A stretch of 64,000 bases of DNA. Source: an uncultured Bacteroidales bacterium (GTDB taxonomy: Bacteria > Bacteroidota > Bacteroidia > Bacteroidales > JAGOPY01). The position numbers and the translations under genes were made by a program. The DNA is taken from positions 2,484,458 to 2,548,457 of the forward strand of contig CAVPBC010000002.1 of the NCBI GenBank assembly GCA_963701785.1, written 5' to 3'. The notes beneath the pieces are model-generated. The model saw nothing but the letters and a program-made list of their open reading frames with translations, did no database searches and was not told where the DNA came from. Every line of letters starts with the position of its first letter. Position 1 is the first letter of the stretch. Positions 9,222 through 18,365 of the stretch are shown here, piece by piece.

Positions 9222-10703
9222 ATGAAAACCCTGAGATTTATAGTTATTCTAGCCGTCCTGATCTCCTGTAATCAAAAAATGGCCGGACAGCAATGCGAGT
9301 TTTGGACAGCGCCGGTTTCCCTGTCCGATTCCATGGAGGATAATCGAAATCCTTTCCTGGTCAGGATACCTGACGGTGACAACACATTTTATGTTTTCTG
9401 GGACAGAACGTTGGATGTCTTTGGCTCGGAAATCGTTTATATGGATTATTACAATATGGGTGTGCCGGAGACGGTGGTACTTGCGGAAGGTTATGACGTA
9501 AGCGGCACGCAGGTTATCTCAATGTGGAACTGGTACCCGTGGACAGATACCTTGGCATTTATATTTTATCAGACCAACCAGGCCGGGAACGAGGATATTT
9601 ATTATACCGTCATGACCTCGGGCGGATTTACAGAGCCCGCCCCTTTTGTAAATTCTGCTTTCGATGAGTCGCATCTGCGTGTTAGCAGGTCGGGAGGCAT
9701 AGTCTGGCAGGAAGGAGACATCATCAGGTACACTAAATTGAATCGGAATAGTTCCGGGTATTTTTTCGAACCGGCAACTGTAGTTGATGAGGTCAACTGC
9801 ATGAGACCCGTCATACATATTGCATCTGGTTATGAGCATGAGAGATTTATTTCATGGGAAAAAGGGAATCAGGACAGCAGCCAGGTGTGGTACACCTTAT
9901 GGAATTATCAGACTGAGAGTTGGGATGACCCGGTTTTATTATTTGAGGATGGGGCACATTCCAACCTGCGGTCACCGTCTGGCTATGAATACTCAGGGTG
10001 GGCTGCCGGCATAGTCTCGGACTGGCGCGACAGTATTGGAAATTATCATATCAGCGCCTATGATCTTGATGAGCAATATGAATTATTGTCAGATTTCTCA
10101 CAATCCATTCCTTTTCAGCCCGACCTTTTCACAGTTGATTTTATCACGCAGGATTTTATGGGATTCGGCTATTTTTCATTCAGGCATGATGAAGGAATGG
10201 GAAATTACGACATCTATTCCACCGACTGGGCAGATATCAGCCCATGGTTCAGTGCATACTGCCGGCTCGACAGTACGACAACATCCGAAGGCCATCCATT
10301 GCTATTTCAAGCTGCTGACTACGGCTGGTATTTCGACCTGGTCTGCATCTGGGAATCCTTCCGGAACGGCCACCGTCAGTTATTTACCAGTAAAACTGAG
10401 GTAGTTATTGGAAGTGTTTCGGAATCAAAAAACAAGAGTGACATCGATATCAGGGCATATCCGAATCCCTGTTCAGATCAAACCACTTTTGAATACGAAA
10501 TGAAGTCATCAGCAGACTGTAGGATCAGTATTTTCAACCACCTCGGCCATGAAATAGAAGTGCTGCCTCTTGGCAGGCAGGATGAAGGCAAACATCAAAT
10601 TAACTGGGACGCCTGGAAATATCCTGCCGGCTTGTATCACTTTCATTTATCGGCTGACGGACAGCGGGGAATCGGCATTGGAAAAATTTTAGTAGTTCGT
10701 TGA
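9222..10703 (+). CDS. Secreted hypothetical protein with T9SS C-terminal sorting domain
   Basis: Signal MKTLRFIVILAVLISC; C-terminus YPNPCSDQTTFEYEMKSSADCRISIFNHLGHEIEVL...LYHFHLSADGQRGIGIGKILVVR fits the type A CTD pattern. Confidence 0.7.
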   Translation: MKTLRFIVILAVLISCNQKMAGQQCEFWTAPVSLSDSMEDNRNPFLVRIPDGDNTFYVFWDRTLDVFGSEIVYMDYYNMGVPETVVLAEGYDVSGTQVISMWNWYPWTDTLAFIFYQTNQAGNEDIYYTVMTSGGFTEPAPFVNSAFDESHLRVSRSGGIVWQEGDIIRYTKLNRNSSGYFFEPATVVDEVNCMRPVIHIASGYEHERFISWEKGNQDSSQVWYTLWNYQTESWDDPVLLFEDGAHSNLRSPSGYEYSGWAAGIVSDWRDSIGNYHISAYDLDEQYELLSDFSQSIPFQPDLFTVDFITQDFMGFGYFSFRHDEGMGNYDIYSTDWADISPWFSAYCRLDSTTTSEGHPLLFQAADYGWYFDLVCIWESFRNGHRQLFTSKTEVVIGSVSESKNKSDIDIRAYPNPCSDQTTFEYEMKSSADCRISIFNHLGHEIEVLPLGRQDEGKHQINWDAWKYPAGLYHFHLSADGQRGIGIGKILVVR

Positions 10704-10704
10704 G

Positions 10705-10800
10705 CTGTTCAACCCCTTCAGGGTTGGTATAGCGGAGGGGTGCTTCATGCCATCGGTTTTACCGGTGGGTTATTCATGTTTAAGCCTTTCGGGATTAGGG
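10705..10800. repeat. REP-like element with two related small hairpin motifs
   Basis: ttcaaccccttcagggttgg (stem caaccc/gggttg, 10710-10726) and tttaagcctttcgggatt (10780-10797), 70 nt apart, directly after the stop at 10703. Confidence 0.4.
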
Positions 10801-10828
10801 ATGTAGAAAATAGGACTGAGGATATGGG

Positions 10829-10871
10829 AAATAAAATGCAAAATGAAATGAAAAATGAAAAATGAAAAATG
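10829..10871. repeat. Heptamer array (AAAATGA units, about 6 copies)
   Basis: aaataaaatgcaaaatgaaatgaaaaatgaaaaatgaaaaatg; 20 nt from the tRNA-Arg 3' end. Confidence 0.85.
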
Positions 10872-10890
10872 CGTCCATGTATAATGAAGG

Positions 10891-10966
10891 TGGTGATCTC
10901 GCCGCGATTCGAACGCGGGACCCACAGCTTAGAAGGCTGTTGCTCTATCCACTGAGCTACGAGACC
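10891..10966 (-). tRNA. tRNA-Arg (anticodon TCT), CCA encoded
   Basis: Reverse complement GGTCTCGTAGCTCAGTGGATAGAGCAACAGCCTTCTAAGCTGTGGGTCCCGCGTTCGAATCGCGGCGAGATCACCA folds as a cloverleaf with anticodon loop CTTCTAA. Confidence 0.9.
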
Positions 10967-10993
10967 GTTTCGGGGGCAAAGGTAAAGATTTTT

Positions 10994-12414
10994 TTAATAA
11001 TCGTATTCCAGTTTCATGGCAAGTCTCTGGTATTCCGTCAGGGTGGTCAGGTTGACCAGCGTGCTGTCGCCCTCGATGAGGCTTCTGTCGGAAAGCCCCC
11101 TGTTGATAGCATCTTCGAGTGATTTGAGCGCTTTGTCATACCTGCCTTGCCGCGTGTAATATTTAGCGAGAAAATAATACGGGCTGATTGCATCCGGTTG
11201 GGCCATCACCCAGATATCCAGGAAATATCTCGAAGTCGGTTGATATTCTGTACCCTGGACACTTTCATATTGCATGTGAGCAGTCCGCCATATGTAATCG
11301 ATCATTCTGCGTCCAAGTAGAGTATCCATCGGGCTATCAACCTGTTGCATCTTATCGTGGCAATTTTTAACTGTTCTTTCCACCAGGAATTTGGCTTGAC
11401 CGGGGTCATGCTGTCTTCGAAATTTATCCGGTAGCAGACAAAAGCATCTGCGTATTGAAGGTAATGACCGCGTTCTTCTTCAAGGATCATCCTCTGCTTT
11501 TTTATCTCTTTCTGAACCGCTTCGTTCTTATATAAATCATCCCGTAAAGTTTCAATTTCACTGGTATTCCTGACACCATGCAGGAAAGAAATGAGCTTTT
11601 CGCTTAGCTTATAGGCTTCATATGGTCTTTCCTCCCGGATCAGATCTGAAATAGCCTGGTGGTTTTCTTCATAATAATCCTCCCTCAATCCATAGTCAGT
11701 CCATTTTAATTCATTTTCCATGGCCCTGAATTCCATCCAGGTGACGGCTTCAGTAATATACCCTGCCGGAGGCCATTCATGTACTCCCGGGAATTCATAA
11801 ATATAATGGTTGATATTAAATTTGCCCAGCCAGTCGTCCAGGTTGTACATTTCCTGGTAATTGAAATCACGGTTACCAATGAGCCCGAAGTAATTGAATT
11901 CCAGGTCGAAATGGGGAGGGTAATTATTGGAGAAACCTGCCCCGCAGCCTATCACTCCTTCAAAAGTCCCGTAAAGTACGGCCAGTGAGGTGGCTACCCT
12001 GGCGCCACCGGAAAATCCCGCAGTATATCTTCGTTTCTGATCGATTTTAAAACGCGCCTCGGTATCTTTGAACATATTCTCTGCAGCTTTCAGGATGGGT
12101 GCCCACGGGCCGTTTTCGGATATATTACTACCTGCAATGATATAACCGTATTTTTCAGCCGCTTCCCGGAAAAGATCAACCGGTACCACACCCCTTGCTG
12201 CTGCATCGAAGGCATAGATCACGGGCCATTCTTCCACGTCGGATTCGTAATAATAACTTGGGAGATAGAGGGCGTAGGAATGACTGGAATCATTCATGCA
12301 AACCATATCCGGAATGACTTTTCCAGCTTCGATCTGCTGTCCGGCTGCAGGAACGGCCACTAAACCGGATAAAACAAGAAGTGTTAAAAATATGTGAGTG
12401 CGCCGGAAAATCAT
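10994..12414 (-). CDS. Secreted alpha/beta-hydrolase (esterase-type) with C-terminal TPR-like tail; one frame break near 11370
   Basis: Signal MIFRRTHIFLTLLVLSGLVAVPAAGQQ, nucleophile elbow GFSGG. ORFs 11302..12414 and 10994..11383 join as ...SWWKEQ/KNCHDKMQQVD. Confidence 0.65.
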
Positions 12415-12508
12415 ACCCTCTCGTGAGATTATTTGCAGTGCTGCATATAGTTTTCAAATATAGAGAAATCCGTGTAAATTCAAGATAATTTTATCCTGGC
12501 TGGACAGT

Positions 12509-12552
12509 GAAATTGAAATTTGGGATTTTGATTTTGGGATTTGGAATTTTAT
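12509..12552. repeat. Heptamer array (GGGATTT / TGATTTT / GGAATTT units) abutting the OLD-nuclease stop
   Basis: gaaattgaaatttgggattttgattttgggatttggaatttta, ending at the stop codon 12553-12555. Confidence 0.8.
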
Positions 12553-14254
12553 TTATTTGCCCGGTGCTTCCTTCGCCAGCCTGACACAAGCCTCAATCAA
12601 TTTCCTGAGTTGAGGCGGCACACCCGGGGAATCTTTGCGTGCGATAGCTTCCACGATAGCCACTGCCATATAAGGCTTTGAATTGCGATGGATAGCCCTG
12701 CCGATCACCCGGCGGGGATGCATGTTTTTACTGGCCTGAGCGGGGATTCCGGAGTACTCCTGGTAGATAGCTTCATACCCGTTGAAATAAAGGTGATTTT
12801 CAATGTCCTTCTCCCTGAACCGCATGCAATGGTCATCAGGATTGACACCGTAATGCAAGGCAAAATGCCTGGCCGTTTCAATATAGGCTTTGCCGGCTGC
12901 ATCCCCGTCAGCTAACAGGAACCAATCGATGCCAAGGAGGCGTGCCGATTTAATCAGGGGAGGAAGGCCACATTGCGCAAATTCAATGCATACGACGCCT
13001 TCTAATGACAGGTCGTAACCACAAAGCCTGGCCAGGTGGGGGAGAAGCCAGACTTCCGATTCCCCCTCGACCAGGAGCCAGCAACGTGCAAAAGTGGCTG
13101 TAGCTCATGCGCATGCGTACATGATAACTCAAACGGCGCAGTTCTTCGTGGGTCAGATTACCCGGTTGAACCCAATGTTGCTTGATATGGCCCTCATGTC
13201 TCGAGATCCTGCGGATATCCTCGAGTGGAAATCCTGACAGGAGGCTGCCTGACTGGGTGGTGATGATCTTCTGCCATTTCAGGCGTTCAATGAGCAATTT
13301 AACCGACTCGAGGGTCATGGGGTGCAGGTGTGCTTCCGGGTCTTCAATGATGAGGATCGGTTCAGCCGAGGGATCTGCCATCAGGCTGCCCGACTGGAGG
13401 AAAGCAGCCGTAAAAAGTAACATGCCTATTTTTTCGGCAGCAGAACCATGCCGGAATCCAAACTTTTTACCGGGATTCACTTGATTTGTTTTCTTTCGGC
13501 CAAGGATTTCATAAATGATCTGCTCCAGCTGTGGCCCTTCATGAAGCAAAAGGTTCGAAACCTGCCCGAGATATTGTAAAGCCGCACGATACCCTTCTTG
13601 CAACTCAGCACTTCCCCCTGGTGAAATTCCTGAAATCAGGCTCTGATAATAAAGACTGATTGTCTCTTCGAGTTTCCTGGCTTCTTCGGATGGGATATTT
13701 GATCCGGTCTCTTTTTCCTGGATGGCTTCACTTTCCTCCGGAATGTTGGCTAAAATGCCGCTCCTGATCCGGAAAACAGGATTCAGTCGCCTGATCCAGG
13801 CCAGAATCGCAGGATCATCCGAGTACCCATGCTGACTTTTTCCTTCTACTTTGATTAGCCATCGGGCTTCAGCCGATTCTCCGGATTCAACGGGGTTGGC
13901 TTTAACTTCCAGCGTTAATTCCTGTAATACGCCCCTGTCATCCTTAAGAACCAGGCCGAGTTCATTTTGTTGCATGAACGACCATTCATCAGGTTTTCTT
14001 TCACGGAATGCCAGGCGTATAAACAAAGGGCCGACGGGCTGGTATCCCGCTGGTCCGGTTACCATGAAAAAATCCTGGGGCTTGAAAACGATGGATTTGT
14101 TTTCAGGCCGTGGAGAAAGGATAAGGCAGATGGCTTCGAGCAGCGTGGTTTTACCTGAATCGTTTTCACCGATCAGAACCGTGGTTTCACCAATGTCGAG
14201 CCTGGCGGAACGGATGCCCCGGAAGTTTTCAATTTCAATGCGGCATAGATACAT
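12553..14254 (-). CDS. OLD-family ATP-dependent nuclease (YbjD/DUF2813-like: ABC-type ATPase + Toprim), one frame break near 13095
   Basis: N-terminus MYLCRIEIENFRGIRSARLDIGETTVLIGENDSGKTTLLEAI (P-loop), LIIEDPEAHLHP (Walker B/D-loop region). C-terminal frame reads ARCWLLVEGESEVWLLPHLARL...GIDWFLLADGDAAGK (Toprim E and DxD). Confidence 0.75.
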
Positions 14255-14258
14255 GATT

Positions 14259-14266
14259 CAAAGTTA
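14259..14266 (-). promoter_or_regulatory. -7 box TAACTTTG only 4 nt upstream of the OLD-nuclease ATG (leaderless-type spacing)
   Basis: Reverse complement of caaagtta; ATG at 14254. Confidence 0.4.
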
Positions 14267-14324
14267 ATAATTTCCGGCAGATCCTTCGCTTAGCTAAAGC
14301 TTGATTTTGCAATTGATTTTATCC

Positions 14325-14332
14325 TATCTTTG
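14325..14332 (+). promoter_or_regulatory. -7 box TATCTTTG upstream of 14376 gene
   Basis: Matches TAnnTTTG; 43 nt upstream of the ATG. Confidence 0.4.
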
Positions 14333-14375
14333 GAACCGTTTTAAATAATGGTTAAACCGATAAGAATAATAGATT

Positions 14376-14978
14376 ATGAAACGCTTGATTATTAATGCTA
14401 TTTCAGTTAGTTTACTGGCAATGATATCTTTTGGATCTTATGCCCAATCAAATGTTGAGATGAAATCGCTCGTGGCACAAATGAACCAGGAGATGATGGA
14501 GCTTGTCAAAGCAGGCAGATATGAAGCAATGGGAAAATTTTATGATAAAGATGCCGTGTCTTTACCTAATTACCGGGCTATGGAAAAAGGTTATAAATTG
14601 ATCCTCAATAATAACCTTGGCAGGCAAAAAGGAGGCTATAAAATCCTTGACGGTTCAAAAACGACTGTTGAATTATTCGTTGGGGAAGATATGATGGCCG
14701 ATTTGGGGACTTATACACTGACCATGACTTTCCCTGGGCTTGCCGAGCCAAAAGTTGATAATGGCAAGTATCTCAATGTATGGAGAAAAGATAATGAAGG
14801 AGCCTGGAGGATTGTGGCCGAAACCTGGAATGCCGATAAAAATCCGAATGCCCCTGCGCAGACCAGAGGACAGGCTGGTACATCAACCGGCTCCACTATC
14901 AAGGCAAATCCCGGAACAGCCCCCCAGACCGGTACCGAACAAAAACCGGCGATGGAAACCAAGGATGGGAAAAAATAA
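14376..14978 (+). CDS. Secreted SnoaL-like/DUF4440-type protein with low-complexity C-terminal tail
   Basis: Signal MKRLIINAISVSLLAMISFGSYAQ; GKYLNVWRKDNEGAWRIVAETWN is the typical NTF2-like C-terminal strand pair; P/T/G/Q-rich tail. Confidence 0.55.
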   Translation: MKRLIINAISVSLLAMISFGSYAQSNVEMKSLVAQMNQEMMELVKAGRYEAMGKFYDKDAVSLPNYRAMEKGYKLILNNNLGRQKGGYKILDGSKTTVELFVGEDMMADLGTYTLTMTFPGLAEPKVDNGKYLNVWRKDNEGAWRIVAETWNADKNPNAPAQTRGQAGTSTGSTIKANPGTAPQTGTEQKPAMETKDGKK

Positions 14979-14986
14979 TGATTAAG

Positions 14987-15028
14987 CGATAGGACGATAG
15001 GACGATTGGACGATTTGAAGATTTGATG
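14987..15028. repeat. Octamer array with stepwise drift (CGATAGGA, CGATAGGA, CGATTGGA, CGATTTGA, AGATTTGA)
   Basis: Read directly; starts 9 nt after the stop at 14978 and ends 16 nt before the gmhA ATG. Confidence 0.85.
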
Positions 15029-15044
15029 TTATAAAGAGTTGAGG

Positions 15045-15620
15045 ATGAAACGGATTTCAGAAGCAATTCAGCAGTCTGTATCGGTTAAGCAAAAGATGCT
15101 CTCCGATAACGGCATTCTTGATACTATCGGGGAAATTGCCGAAACTTGTTCCCAGTCGCTGTGTGACGGACATAAGATCATGTTTTGCGGGAATGGCGGC
15201 AGTGCTGCAGATGCCCAGCACCTTGCGGCAGAATTGTCAGGCAGGTTTTATTTCGACCGGAAACCGCTGGCTGCAGAAGCCCTGACTGTAAATACTTCAT
15301 TTCTCACTGCCGTTTCAAATGATTACTCATTTGAAGAGGTCTTTGCACGCCTGGTAGAAGGTTCGGGTCAGGCAGGCGATGTTCTGGTAGGGCTTTCCAC
15401 TTCGGGGAATTCGGAAAATGTCATCCGTGCTTTCCAGGCCGCCCATCGCAAAGGGATCATAACAGTCGGACTGACAGGGGAATCGGGTGGCAATCTGGCA
15501 GATCTTTCAGACTTCATTATCAGGGTCCCTTCTTCAGATACACCCCGTATCCAGGAATCTCATATCCTCATAGGTCATATCATCTGTGAACTGGTAGAAA
15601 GAAATTTATTCCCTGAATGA
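15045..15620 (+). CDS. gmhA: D-sedoheptulose-7-phosphate isomerase (SIS domain)
   Basis: KIMFCGNGGSAADAQHLAAEL, GLSTSGNSENV and ESHILIGHIICE match GmhA motifs. Confidence 0.85.
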   Translation: MKRISEAIQQSVSVKQKMLSDNGILDTIGEIAETCSQSLCDGHKIMFCGNGGSAADAQHLAAELSGRFYFDRKPLAAEALTVNTSFLTAVSNDYSFEEVFARLVEGSGQAGDVLVGLSTSGNSENVIRAFQAAHRKGIITVGLTGESGGNLADLSDFIIRVPSSDTPRIQESHILIGHIICELVERNLFPE

Positions 15621-16328
15621 CCGGTGAAGCGATAATACTTGCAGGCGGCCTGGGAACCCGGCTGAAGGAAGTTGTGCCTGATACCCCCAAATCAATGGCC
15701 CTCATAAACGGGAGGCCATTTTTAGAATATCAGCTTGACTATCTCGATCGATGGGGGTTGAGAAGAGTGATCCTGTCGGTAGGCTATGGCAAAGAAAAGA
15801 TACAGGATCATTTCGGCGGGCAGTACAAATCATTGCAGATTGCATATTCAGTTGAGGAAGAGCCGCTTGGTACAGGCGGGGCCATAATCAGATGCTTTAC
15901 AGCATGTCGAAGGTTTCTCGGTATTCATTTTTAACGGGGATACCTATTTCGATGTGAACCTGCAGCGTTTGGACGACTTCCGCAGGATCAAAGAAGCCGA
16001 TATTTGCCTGGCCATGCGGTTTGAAATTGATCCGGCCCGATTTGGCATGCTCGAATTTGATAACAATAACAGGATAATCCAGTTCTATGAAAAGCCTGAC
16101 GGGATAGAGGAAGGTTATATCAATGGCGGCGTTTACATTGTCCGAAAAGATTTCCTGCTTCGTTTCGGTTTGCCGGAAAAATTTTCATTTGAAAAAGATT
16201 TCCTGCAGAAATATTATCAAACCGAAGAGATCTATGGCATGAGATGTTTCTCTTATTTCAGGGATATCGGGGTCCCCGAAGATTACCAAAAAGCGATCGA
16301 TGAATTTAAAAGACTTATCTTTTACTAA
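15617..16328 (+). CDS. hddC: D-glycero-D-manno-heptose 1-phosphate guanylyltransferase-like nucleotidyltransferase, one frame break near 15925
   Basis: ILAGGLGTRLKEVVPDTPKSM sugar-nucleotidyltransferase signature and EEEPLGTGGAI. Start overlaps the gmhA stop (ATGA). ORFs 15617..15934 and 15954..16328 are colinear. Confidence 0.7.
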
Positions 16329-16896
16329 GGAATGGACACTGTTCCTCGATCGTGATGGGGTGATCAGCCGAGCGTATCCATGATGATTATATCATATCAT
16401 GGGAAGGATTCCGGTTCCTTGATGGGGTGCTGGAAGCCATGAGCATTATTCAGCAGGGTCTTTGGCCGTATCATTGTTGTCAGCAACCAGCAGGGTGTCG
16501 GCAAAAGGCCGGATGAGCGCGGAAAGCCTGAAATTGATCGATTTTAAGATGAAAAAAGCTGTCCGTGATGCCGGCGGCCGCATCGATGCTTCTTATTACA
16601 GCCCCCATCTTGCAACAGAAAACCATCCCGACCGAAAACCCGGGACCGGCATGGGACTGAAAGCAAAGGCTGATTTCCCGGAAATTGATTTTTCAAAATC
16701 AGTTATGGTCGGAGATACTGCCTCAGATATGGAATTTGGTAAGAGGTTAGGAATGATTACAGTTTTGATCTGTGATAACGACAACGAACCAGGATCAGAA
16801 TTAGCAGATTTGTTTTTTCAATCTTTGCGTGACTTTGCGATTTCTTTGCGAAACTTTGCAGTAACTAGTATTAACTTAATAACCAAACTCTCGTGA
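16300..16896 (+). CDS. gmhB: D,D-heptose 1,7-bisphosphate phosphatase (HAD-IIIA), two or more frame breaks; tail encoded by a tandem repeat
   Basis: [22 protein letters not shown] (HAD motif I), [13 protein letters not shown] (readable after a frame hop), [20 protein letters not shown]. Stop overlaps the next gene start (GTGA). Confidence 0.7.
16819..16862. repeat. Four tandem copies of a CTTTGCG/CTTTGCA unit (period 10-11), each resembling a -7 promoter core
   Basis: caatctttgcgtgactttgcgatttctttgcgaaactttgcag; lies in the gmhB tail, 31-74 nt upstream of the symporter GTG start. Confidence 0.75.
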
Positions 16897-18346
16897 AACC
16901 ATCTCTGATCCTCATAATCTTCCTGCTTTATACAGCCCTGTTGTTTTTCATCACCTGGCTGACAGCCAGGAAAGCTACAAACCGGGCTTTTTTCATCGGG
17001 AATAAAGAATCCCCCTGGCTGGTTGTGGCTTATGGTATGATCGGCGCTTCCCTCTCCGGCGTCACTTTTATGTCAGTCCCGGGTTGGGTAGGCGATACAC
17101 AGTTCTCCTATATGATGGTGGTGCTGGGCTACCTGTTCGGTTATTTTGTGATCGCTACCGTCCTGATGCCGCTCTATTACCGGCTTAACCTCACCTCTAT
17201 CTATTCCTATCTTGAAGGCCGCTTTGGATTCTGGTCATATAAGACAGGCGCTTTCTTTTTCCTGGTTTCACGCACAATCGGCGCATCCTTCCGGATGTTC
17301 CTGGTGGTAAATGTCCTGCAGGTCTTTGTGTTCGATGCCTGGGGTGTCCCTTTTACCGTAACCACGCTGATCTTCATCATACTTATCCTCCTGTATACCT
17401 TTAAAGGAGGTATCAAAACGATTATCTGGACCGATACGGTGCAGACCACATTCATGCTGGCGGCTTGGTTCTTACCATATACCTGATCACCAAAAACCTT
17501 GGGATGGATTTCAGCCAGATGTTCAATACTGTCTGGGATAGTGAATATTCTAAAATGGTATTCGGGGATTGGCACGATAAGCGGTTCTACCTTAAACAAT
17601 TGCTCAGCGGCGCATTCATTGCCATCGTTATGACCGGCCTTGACCAGGAAATGATGCAAAAGAACCTGAGCTGCCGCACCCTGAAAGATGCCCAGAAAAA
17701 CATGTTTTCCTTCAGCCTTGTCCTTGTCCTGGTGAATTTCCTATTCCTGTTCCTGGGCGCAGCGCTATATATTTTTACTACATCAAAAGGTATTAGCCTG
17801 CCCGAACGAACCGATGACCTGTTCCCGATGGTGGCCATCAACCATCTGGGCCCGTTAGCAGGAATTGTATTTATCATCGGGTTGATCTCAGCGGCTTATC
17901 CCAGCGCCGACGGGGCCCTGACCTCCCTGACCACTTCCTTCAGTATCGATTTCCTCGGATTGAATAAGAATGATAAACTCACGGAAAAGCAAAAAGAAAG
18001 GACGAGGTACCTGGTCCATGCCGGTTTTGCCCTGCTGTTATTATCCGTAATTGTGGTTTTCCGTGCCATCAATGACAGGGCAGTGATCGATAAGCTATTT
18101 ACGATAGCGGGGTATACTTATGGCCCATTGCTCGGGTTATATGCTTTCGGATTGTTTACCCGCTGGAAAGTGAAAGATAAATGGGTGCCGCTTATTGCCC
18201 TGATTTCCCCCGTATTGTGCTATTTCTTAAGTATATATGATCAAATGTTATTAAATAATTATAACTTTGGATTTGAGCTTTTGATCATTAACGGTATTTT
18301 TATGTTTCTTGGCTTAGTCTTAATTCGAATTAAAAAAATTAACTAA
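16893..18346 (+). CDS. Sodium:solute symporter family (SSF) transporter, one frame break near 17465
   Basis: Multi-TM protein; ORFs 16893..17486 and 17465..18346 are colinear. [13 protein letters not shown] is typical of SSF. Confidence 0.75.
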
Positions 18347-18365
18347 CTAATTCATATTTAATTGT

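Noticed and set aside
10994-14978. OLD nuclease plus neighbours as a multi-gene defence system (Gabija/PARIS/retron-like)
   Set aside because: The neighbours are a secreted esterase-type hydrolase and a DUF4440-like secreted protein. There is no helicase, reverse transcriptase, DUF4435 partner or second ATPase.
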